64,000 nucleotides of DNA. Source: Mytilus californianus. Taxonomy: Eukaryota. The notes below the pieces were generated by a model that saw only the letters and a list, made by a program, of their open reading frames with translations, was not told the origin of the DNA and did no database searches. The translations under genes were made by a program, and so were the position numbers. The stretch is taken from positions 1,364,001 through 1,428,000 of the forward strand of contig NW_026262648.1 of the NCBI RefSeq assembly GCF_021869535.1, read 5' to 3'. Shown here one piece after another: positions 52,594 through 62,436 of the stretch; position 1 is the stretch's first letter, and each line of letters begins with the position of its first letter.

Positions 52594-55500
52594 TAAATTT
52601 GTGTAAGATTTTTTAACCTATTTTGAAGGATAGTTTCATTAACAGTGATATTTTAAGGAAATGTTGATCAAAGTATTTAAAATTCCCACAATATATGCAT
52701 GACGATAATTACACATGCGTATGTACATACAGGATATTGCACAACAAAGCCAGTACAGTTTAAATAGTTAAATTTTCCTATTAGATATCGGGTGAGCCGT
52801 AGCGTAGTGGATAAATGACTTCTTACTTCTGAGCCAAAAGCAGCTAGTTCTATCCTTGTCTGTTGAGTCTCGGCTCGGCAGCAGGGATACCACTTCGCCA
52901 ACTCGACACTCACTCTTTTTATTTTATTGTATCAAATGTATTTTTCTTTTAGCTTAGTTTGTGTGGATAATTTTGGAAATGCATAGGAAATGAACATTTT
53001 AATTCTTGTTTCTCCTATCGGAATAAAGGTTGTGCGTGTTTCATTGAAATGTTTACTTAGTATATGGATCCTTCTGTTATAGAAGTGAAAATACCTATAG
53101 ATACTATCTTTCTATATAGTGAAAAGAAAGAGCACGACGACAAAAAATAAAGTGTCCTCCGTACAAATTTTGTTTTTTATCACATTTTTTGCAGAAATTA
53201 ATTCTTTTTTCTCAGTTCGTGTATGTTTTATATTTCGGATTATTTTTTATCATGATCTTCGGTCTTAGTGTTGCATTATACATCATCATAAATGGAATAA
53301 AGAATAAAGATACCCCTTTTTCACAGGATGGAGCTGATACAAGGCGTGCAAAAGCATACGAAAAACTCGGCGACTCGGCATTAATTCTTTTTAGTCTTGT
53401 CGTGTATCAATATTGTTGTTGTTGTTAACAAATGCCTTTCCCTGCTCTGCAGAGAAAAATATAAATAATACGTCATTTCTCATATACTCTTCATCGTACG
53501 TGTACTCATGTGTTAAACAAAATCATTGATCATGATGTATAAATAGCCTCAATTTATAATCCTTATGTTTACATTCTTTAATAGACGAACGGTTGACACG
53601 TTGGACTTGCAATAGAGGGGATATGGGATCGAATCTTATACCCCTCAGTTAGATTTTTATCAAGAATTTTTAACCTATTTTGAATGATAGTTTCATTAAC
53701 AGTGATATTAAAATTCCCACAATATATGCATGACGATATTTACACATGCGTATGTACATACAGGATATTGTACAAAAAAGCCAGTACAGTTTAAACAGTT
53801 AAATTTTCCAATTAGATATCGGGTGAGCCGTAGCGTAGTGGATAAATGACTACTTACTACTGAGCCAAAAGCAGCTAGTTCTATCCTTGTCTGTTGAGTC
53901 TCGGCTCGGCAGCAGGGATACCACTTCGCCAACTCGACACTCACTCTTTTTATTTTATTATATCAAATGTATTTTTCTTTTAGCTTAGTTTGTGAGGATA
54001 ATTTTGGAAATGCATAGGAAATGAACCTTTTAATTCTTGTTTCCCCTATCGGAATAAAGGTTGTGCGTGTTTCATTGAAATGTTTACTTAGTATATGGAT
54101 CCTTCTGTTATAGAAGTGAAAATACCTATAGATACTATGTTTCTATATAGTGAAAAGGAAGAGCACGACGACAAAAAATAAAGTGTCCTCCGTACAAATT
54201 TTTTTTTATCACATTTTTTGGCAGAAAATAATGCTTTTTTCTCAGATCGTGTATATGTTTTATATTTCGGATTATTTTTTATCATGATCTTTAGTCTAAG
54301 TGTTGCATTATACCTCATCATATATTGGATAAAGAACAAAGATACCCCTTTTTCACAGGATGGAGCTGATACAAGACGTGCAAAAGCATACGAAAAACTC
54401 GACGACTCGGCATTAATTCTTTTTAGTCTTGTCGTGTATCAATATTGCTGTTGTTGTTAACAAATACCTTTCCCTGCTCTGCAGAGAAAAATATAAATAA
54501 TACGTCATTTCTCATATACTCTTCATCGTACGTGTACTCATGTGTTAAACAAAATCATTGATCATGATGTATAAATAGCCTCAATTTATAATCTTTATCT
54601 TAACATTCTTTAATAGACGAGCGGTTAACACGTTGGACTTGCAATAGAGGGTATGTGGGATCGAATTTTATACTCCCTCAGACTGAGTTAGATTTTTATC
54701 AAGAATTTTTAACCTATTTTGAATGATAGTTTCATTAATAGTGATATTTTAAGGAAATGTTGATCAAAGTATTTAAAATTCCCACAATATATGCATGACG
54801 ATAATTACACATGCGTATGTACATACAGGATATTGCACAACAAAGCCAGTACAGTTTAAATAGTTAAATTTTCCTATTAGATATCGGGTGAGCCGTAGCG
54901 TAGTGGATAAATGACTTCTTACTACTGAGCCAAAAGCAGCTAGTTCTATCCTTGTCTGTTGAGTCTCGGCTCGGCAGCAGGGAAACCACTTCGCCAACTC
55001 GACACTCACTATTTTTATTTTACTGTATCAAATGTATTTTTCTTTAAGCTTAGTTTGTGTGGATAACTTTGGAAATGCATAGGAAATGAACCTTTTAATT
55101 CTTGTTTCCTCTATCGGAATAAAGGTTGTGCGTGTTTCATTGAAATGTTTACTTAGTATATGGATCCTTCTGTTATAGAAGTGAAAATACCTATAGATAC
55201 TATCTTTCTATATAGTGAAAAGGAAGAGCACGACGACAAAAAATAAAGTGTCCTCCGTACAAATTTTTTTATCACATTTTTTGGCAGAAATTAATGCTTT
55301 TTTCTCAGTTCGTGTATGTTTTAAATTTCGGATTATTTTTTATCATGATCTTTAGTCTTAGTGTTGCATTATACATCATCATATATGGGATAAAGAATAA
55401 ATATACCCCTTTTTCACAGGATGGAGCTGATACAAGACGTGCAAAAGCATACGAAAAACTCGGCGACTCGGCATTAATTCTTTTTAGTCTTGTCGTGTAT

Positions 55501-55938
55501 CAATATTGCTGTTGTTGTTAACAAATATCTTTCCCTGCTCTGCAGAGAAAAATATAAATAATACGTCATTTCTCATATACTCTTCATCGTACGTGTACTC
55601 ATGTGTTAAACAAAATCATTGATTATGATGTATAAATAGCCTCAATTTAAAATCTTTATGTTTACATTCTTTAATAGACGAGCGGTTAACACGTTAGACT
55701 TGCAATAGAAGGGCCGTGGGATCGAATCTTATACTCCTCAGATAGATTTTTATCAAGAATTTTTAACCTTTTTTGAATGAAAGTTTCATTAACAGTGATA
55801 TTTTAAGGAAATGTTGATCAAAGTATTTAAAATTCCCACAATATATGCATGACGATAATTACACATGCGTATGTACATACAGGATATTGCAAAACGAAGT
55901 CAGTACAGTTTAAATAGTTAAATTTTCCTATTAGATAT

Positions 55939-56403
55939 GGTTACAAGAGCGCAATTATTTGTTTACATTCAACCGGCAAAATTTTTACCCCAAGATGGTA
56001 CTCAGAATAAAAAATTTTGAGGCTCCTGATTGGATGATGCAGGTTGGAATTATTTTTTATTTGAAAGCTTATTAATTTAGGTTTGAAAATAGGTGGAAAT
56101 TAAATTCATAATTCACAATGTGTAGAAGATATAATTTTTGTTATTAACTGAGGAGCCATTCAAAATTAACCTTAAGTTTCCAATTTAGTGCGGAATTTGG
56201 AAGCTTCCATAACAACTGCATTTTAGGGCACTTTTTGCCGCATGACGATATACTTATTTTTGGCTGTAATAAAAGGCTGACATCTATAGTCACAGGAGCT
56301 GCTACCCATTTTTATCTAGTTTGTTTATTCTTCAAAAAAAGATTTTTGAATACCACTGGGGTCCTATGGAAAATGCATTACAAATAATTGCGCTCTTGTA
56401 ACC
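55939..56403 (+). repeat. Left LTDR (465 bp)
   Basis: Self-inverted 24-bp ends, followed by TATA. Highly similar to 61087-61536 apart from a ~10-bp and a ~5-bp indel and scattered substitutions. Confidence 0.92.
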
Positions 56404-56413
56404 TATACTGAAA

Positions 56414-56880
56414 ATGGACTTTTACTTTCACTTTCAAAAAACTAAGTATTTTTGGAACTTTTTAAAACACACGAGTGATTTGGATCAATACTCTGTCACA
56501 ATGGATGCCTTTTGGGACAATATTGGACTCAAATTTTTTAAGAAAACTGAAGTTATGGGGAATGGGAAGGGATGTGTTGAATGGGTCGGAGCAAAAAAGG
56601 GAAAATCTTGTTATGGCATACAGGTTGGGAAATGGCCAGGGGGTGAGGAAAAAGGGAGGCTGCACATAGACTGGCATACATGATTAAGCATAGATTGACA
56701 AGATATGATATGCCACAAATAGATGAGAACAACAATAAAGTAGAATGTAGCCATATTTGTGACCAAACTCTCTGTGTCAATCCTGAACACATAACTATTG
56801 AACCTCATGCTATAAATCAAGACTGTAAAAATAAGGGACATTGCTCTAAAAGTCACAAGCCATATTGTTTAATATGTAAT
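56414..56880 (+). pseudogene. His-Cys box (His-Me finger, I-PpoI-like) homing endonuclease, frameshifted
   Basis: Frame 1 reads ..GCVEWVGAKKGKSCYG..KWPGGEEK. After a 1-nt shift near 56655 it reads AAHRLAYMIKH..VECSHICDQTLCVNPEHITIEPHAINQDCKNKGHCSKSHKPYC, matching the SHLCH..C.NP.HL..E....N motif and the second Cys/His zinc cluster. Confidence 0.85.
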
Positions 56881-56895
56881 TTAATAAATAAATAT

Positions 56896-59800
56896 TTATT
56901 TTTTAACAGATCTTTTTCTCTTTCGGTCATTTCTGCTGTATGAATGGTCACTTTGTTTCTGCGGAGTAGATTTCAGTCCTTGATCACATTTTAGCAACAT
57001 ATTTTTTTCATATTCTATTATTTCACTTAGTTTTTCATACAGTTTGTACAGTTAAGCCCTTTTATCACTTCTAAATTGCTTGTATTGCATAGTCTTTTTG
57101 TGCTGTTTTTGCAAAATGTCAACTTTTTGTATTTCTTTTAGAGCCTTGTATGCAGAGCCTCCCACTGGGACTTCACAATGAAGAGCAGTACAAAGTTCTA
57201 GAACTGATTCTCCTGGACCAAAATTAACACTGTGAGCAGCTGAATGAGCACGAACGGTAACATTTCTTTTAAAAGTAACATTTGACGGTAAAGAACGCCT
57301 CAGGCTACGGTTAAATCCCTCAACACAATTAGTGTTCATATTAAGTCTGGTCTTGTCAAGTGTATTTGGGCCAAGACGCAGGTTGACTGTCTTTCTTATG
57401 AAGTCTATATTTTGCTGTGAGTGTGCAATTTTGAATGTTTTTGGTAGTAGTGACCTTCCTGTAAGCCATACTTTCTGTAATCCATTACATAAAAATGAAT
57501 GTTTTTTACACGACGAATGATTTCCAGTGTAACAGTTGACAATTGCATCAACGACATGCGATATTTTACATTTGATTTTTTTAAAGTTTCCACTGTACAT
57601 TTTCCTTGTCTGAGCCAGCTCGGCATTACACCTTTCTGTCAAATCCACTGAAAAATAATTCAGTAGTTTTTGTCTCTTCACTTGTGTTCTTGCTGGCATA
57701 ATCTGTAACAGGTTCTTATCATTCTTCGTACGCTTACGGATATTCTCAGACACATGCCGTGTATCAAGGAAATGTTCAGGCTGAGTACTTATTGTGCCTT
57801 CTTCATACAAATCTTGTGCAGCCCTGTATGCAGAGCAGTCGGTCGGGATCAGTAACCAGGTGCTCAACCTCAATGTTGTCTGCCTTAAGATCAAGGATAC
57901 ACTCTTTGGCCCATGTATATTCATCCCCTATACTTTTGACCATTGGAATGTTGGCACTACATTCATCTGTACACTGTGCATGTAAACGGCCTGTGTCAGG
58001 ATCCACCTCAAGGCTTGAATGTTTTAAACAATGCTTATTTTTGTCGAGCCTTCGACTTTTATCGAAAAAGCGAGACATAGCGATCCTACATTCCGTCGGC
58101 GTCGGCGTCGTCGTCGGCGGCGTCCACAAATATTCACTCTGTGGTTAAAGTTTTTGAAATTGCAATAACTTTCTTAAACTATCCTGGATTTCTACCAAAC
58201 TTGGACAGAAGCTTGTTTATGATCATAAGATAGTATCCAGAAGTAAATTTTGTAAAAAAAAAATCATTTTTTCCGTATTTTACTTATAAATGGACTTAGT
58301 TTTTCTGCCAGTTAACATTACATTCACTCTGTGGTTAAAGTGTTTAAAATTTTAACAACTTTCTTAAACTATCCTGGATTTGTACCAAACTTGGACAGAA
58401 GCTTGTTTATGATCATAAGATAGTATCTAGAAGGAAAATTTGTTAAAATTTTGTTCCATTTTTTCCGTTTTTTACTTATAAATGGACTTTGTTTTTCTTC
58501 CAGTTAACATTACATTCACTCTGTGGTTAAAGTTTGTAAAATTTTAACAACTTTCTTAAACTATCCTGGATTTGTACCAAACTTGGACAGAAGCTTGTTT
58601 ATGATCATAAGATAGTATCCAGAAGTAAAATTTGTAAAAAAAATCCAGTTTATCCGTATTTTACTTATAAATGGACTTAGTTTTTCTGCCAGTTTACATT
58701 ACATTCACTCTGTGGTTAAAGTTTTTTTTAAATTTTAACAACTTTCTTAAACTATCCTGGATTTGTACCAAACTTGGACAGAAGCTTGTTTATGATTAAA
58801 AGCTAGTATCTAGAAGGAAAATTTGTTAAAATTTTGTTCCATTTTATCGTTTTTTACTTATAAGCGGACTTTGTTTTTCTTCCAGTTTACATTACATACA
58901 GTCTGCAGTTTAAGTTTTTAAAACATGTATTAGATTAAATAAACTATCCTGGATTTTTACCAAACTTGGACAGAAGCTACTTACAATCAAAAGATAGTAT
59001 AGAGAGGAATATTTTTATTAATTGTTTTCCTATTTTTGTTGAGCCTGCGATTAACAGCAAAAGTAGGCGAGACACTGGGTTCCGCGGAACCCTTACGATT
59101 TTTTTATATTTACGTTAGTATATTATGGTCTGTTGTTATATTTTCAGCTGTGGTATAGACAGTTTGTGTTACAGGCTGAAATGGAGTGCGTCCAACACCG
59201 GAATACAGCGGATTGTTATACATTCCGTCCATCTGCAAACTGATTGTGTTTGGATCTTCCTTCCCTCTGAGGCTATTGATTTCAATAATTTCATTTTTTC
59301 TTTTTCTCAGGTCCATTTTATTCACATCTACGATGTTTTTAAGGACTTTATTTGCTCTTCTTTGTAGACTGGATGCTGCTGGTGCCTGCATATTACCACT
59401 TAGAATGATTTTGCGCATACTGGAGGAAGCTATTGGTGTCTGACTCAGGCCAACATGTACAGCTGTATCTAGTTTTGATGGTTTTCTGCCTGGCTTTCCT
59501 GTTTCTAATTCTTCGTTTAAGCTTTACATATCCGATATATAACTGCAACTTGTACAAATCGAAATCTGGCGAGAAGAGAATCCTCTTTTCTCCTCTTTCT
59601 CTAGATCGCATGATAGTTTACCCTCACAGGCTGGACGTTTTTGCTGGTGCTCCCTAAAGGCCTTGTTCCACATTTCTTCCATCTTGTAAACACACACCGT
59701 ACTATAAGAATTGAAGTCAGGCCTGGAAAAACACAAAAAAATTGCACATTTACACCTGTAATCAAGAATATTTTCAACAAATAATTTTTCTGAATTAGAG

Positions 59801-60381
59801 TTACCTGCCCTTTGCTTGGGTATGAATTTTTTTAAACTGACTGTTGGACATTTTGACATAGTTTTATAGGGCTAATTATCTCTATTTCATTTAAACAAAA
59901 CATAAAATTACTTAATTTTAGAAGGAAAAGACAGAGTAAATTCCAGTTTAATATATTTTTAGTGTAAGAAATGTGAAATTTTATGAATTTTCAGTATATT
60001 TTAGCAGTTTTAGACCTACTTTGTACTGTGATATTACTTAATTGTTCATCTGTAACTGTTTTCTCTATTTAAAAATTAGATTATATATTTTTTCCTTACC
60101 TTTTGTCATTTACAGCAGGATTCCTGTTGGTTTTTTTTTGGAACAGAGACCTCATCAGACTTTGGTCGCAGTAGTTTGGCCGCACGAGCAGACCGCCTGC
60201 CTTTTTCCTCTGGATCAGTGTATGGATCATTTACTACTAAATTGTACTTTTTCATGGTAAGTCTTGTATATTTAGGTGTGTCATAGTCACTTTTCACTGG
60301 CAATAGTTTAGTCCTATTTTTGGTATGAGGTATACTTCCAGCCTTAAATTTAAAGATATTTCTTTTTTTGAACCCAGACAT
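56896..60381 (-). pseudogene. Kolobok-type DDE transposase, disrupted
   Basis: Pieces 60381-60106, 59722-59110 and 58037-56896 join into one protein: C..C.Y.S..GRKP..GLSQT, MDGMYNN (D1), VTDPD (D2), NTNCVEGFNRSLRRSLP (E), ending DHSYSR..KRKRSVKK*. Lesions: stops at 59524 and 57052, frameshifts near 59110 and 57840, and a 1-kb HINE insertion. Probable introns near 60099-59870 and 59804-59723. Confidence 0.85.
58040..59100 (+). mobile_element. Helitron/Helentron-like non-autonomous element with ~4.5 tandem 190-bp units, nested in the transposase
   Basis: Inserted in a T-run. It has a (CGT/CGG)n microsatellite near the left end, units CATTCACTCTGTGGTTAAAG at ~58131, 58321, 58513 and 58702, and a perfect 16-bp terminal palindrome GGGTTCCGCGGAACCC at 59077-59092. 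Confidence 0.82.
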
Positions 60382-61086
60382 ATTGGAATTGTACAGTTTT
60401 CACTTTAATTATTTAGTGTTTGTAAAGCTTTTATATACCCTTGTAAAGTAGGACAGTATTTTATCTTTTTTCAATAAAAGTTGAATGGAAAGTTCATTCA
60501 GTAATTAAAAATATTTGAGATTGAGCACATGCCTCCCTCAAAATTTGACAAATTCTCTACACAGGCCATATGATAAACTTTGGATTTTTTTATTACCAAT
60601 ATGAAAACAACCACTTTTAATTGCTATCATTCCTATATCTCTTATCTTCAGTAATAAAAACATAAATGATAAAGATCCAGAGTGCATCTTCAGTACACTT
60701 TATTTTCAAAAATATATGACAAAAAGTCCAAAATTTGGCTAATTTTGACAATTTTAAGAAAAGTAAGGGTAGAATCCACCCTGAATGAACATTTGATTCA
60801 ACTTGTACATGCATAAAGAGAAATGTTAATTTTATAAACAAAAACACTAAACAAATGAACTTTTAATGTTATTTAATGGTATTTTTTTTATTTTCATGAC
60901 AGCATTCTTGAAATCTGTAGATGAAATTCCTCTGTGGCCGCAAGGCACGGGTTGCTCCTTCATATGGTAGTTTCTCATAAGTAATTCTACCAATTTCTTT
61001 CAAACTTGGTATTTCTTCCTAATATAAGTTCTGTGTTTAACAGATACATTTTTGTCCTGATTCGAGTCAATTTTATTCTTTCTATA

Positions 61087-61536
61087 GGTTACAACAGCGC
61101 AATTATTTGTTTACATTCAACCGGCAAAATTTTTACCCCAAGATGGTACTCAGAATAAAAAACTTTGAGGCTCCTGATTGGATGATGCAGGTTTTTGTTT
61201 GAAAGCTTATCCATTTAGGTTTGAAAATAGGTGGAAATTAAATTCATAATTCACAATGTGTAGAAGATATAATTTTTTTATTAACTGAGGAGCCATTCAA
61301 AATTAACCTTTCCAATTTAGTGCGGAATTTGGAAGCTTCCATAACAACAGCATTTTAGGGCACTTTTTGCCGCATGACCATCTACTTTTTTTTTGCTGTA
61401 ATAAAAGGCTGACATCTATAGTCACAGGAACTGCTACCCATTTTTATCTAGTTTGTTTATTCTTCAAAAAAAAAATTTTTGAATACCACTGGGGTCCTAT
61501 GGAAAATGCATTACAAATAATTGCGCTCTTGTAACC
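61087..61536 (+). repeat. Right LTDR (450 bp)
   Basis: Preceded by TATA (61083-61086) and followed by the ATAT TSD. Confidence 0.92.
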
Positions 61537-62316
61537 ATATCGGGTGAGCCGTAGCGTAGTGGATAAATGACTACTTACTACTGAGCCAAAAGCAGCTAGT
61601 TCTATCCTTGTCTGTTGAGTATCGGCTCGGAAGTAGAGATACCACTTCGCCAACTCGACATTCACTCTTTTCATTTTATTGTATCAAATGTATTTTTCTT
61701 TTAGCTTAGTTTGTGTGGATAATTTTGGAAATGCATAGGAAATGAACCTTTTAATTATTGTTTCCCCTTTCGGAATAAAGGTTGTGCGTGTTTCATTAAA
61801 ATGTTTACTTAGTATATGGATCCTTCTGTTATAGAAGTGAAAATACCTATAGATACTATCTTTCTATATAGTGAAAAGGAAGAGCACGACGAAAAAAAAA
61901 TAAAGTGTCCTCTGTACAAATTTTTGTTTTATCACATTTTTTTGCAGAAATTAATTCTTTTTTCTCAGTTCGTGTATGTTTTATATTTCGGATTATTTTT
62001 TTATCATGACCTTAAGTCTTAATGTTGCATTATACATCATCATAAATGGGATAAAGAATAAAGATACCCCTTTTTCACAGGATGGAGCTGATACAAGACG
62101 TGCAAAAGCATACGAAAAACTCGACGACTCGGCATTACTTCTTTTTAGTCTTGTCGTGGTGTATCAATATTGCTGTTGTTGTTAACAAATACCTTTCCCT
62201 GCTCTGCAGAGAAAAATATAAATAATACGTCATTTTTCATATACTCTTCATCGTACGTGTACTCATGTGTTTAACAAAATCATTGATCATGATGTATAAA
62301 TAGCCTCAATTTATAA

Positions 62317-62436
62317 ACACAAACTAAGCTAAAAAAAACAACATTTGATATAATAAAATAAAAAGAGTGAGTGTCGAGTTGGCGAAGTGGTATCCCTGTT
62401 GCCGAGCCGAGACTCAACAGACAAGGATAGAACTAG
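62317..62436 (-). repeat. 120-bp inverted fragment of the array unit
   Basis: Reverse complement of CTAGTTCTATCC..CTTAGTTTGTGT, joined directly to the truncated unit 4 and to the satellite. Confidence 0.85.

Larger units (their letters stand above)
55939..61536. mobile_element. Composite-like DNA transposon (KolobokP-type): LTDR - His-Me nuclease / DDE transposase - LTDR
   Basis: LTDRs 55939-56403 and 61087-61536, each with a 24-bp TIR GGTTACAAGAGCGCAATTATTTGT (one mismatch at the left end of the right LTDR). The ATAT TSD lies at 55935-55938 and 61537-61540. The empty site TTAG-ATAT-CGGGTGAGCC is present in the other array units. The interior encodes a nuclease (+) and a transposase (-). Confidence 0.9.
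52617..62316 (+). repeat. ~1.05-kb tandem array (~3.9 units), unit 4 interrupted by the composite transposon
   Basis: Units start at TTAA|CCT.TTTTGAA at 52617, 53674, 54713 and 55767. Unit 4 breaks at 55938 and resumes at 61537. Confidence 0.9.

Noticed and set aside
52795-52870. Functional tRNA genes in the array units
   Set aside because: A-box-like motifs are present, but the stems do not pair into a cloverleaf. At most these are degenerate SINE-like heads.
57803-58129. 108-aa ORF starting MWTPPTTTPTPTEC as a separate gene
   Set aside because: Chimera: the N-terminus is read from the HINE microsatellite and the remainder is transposase sequence.
57759-58148. Plus-strand 129-aa ORF and other short ORFs antisense to the transposase, the Fox gene and the LINE
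   Set aside because: Shadow frames of real coding sequence with no recognisable motifs.
55939-61536. LTR retrotransposon or bacterial composite-transposon contamination
   Set aside because: No TG..CA ends, PBS, gag or RT. The interior has probable spliceosomal introns and AATAAA signals, and the element is cleanly inserted in a host repeat array.
53189-62185. Repeated hydrophobic ORFs (FVYVLYFGLFFIMIF..) and MSVELAKWYPCC ORFs in the array as a tandem membrane-peptide gene family
   Set aside because: No shared start codon, frame-breaking indels between copies, and T-rich composition explains the F/L/I/V bias. The related copy at ~46900-47030 hits a stop. A captured exon cannot be fully excluded.
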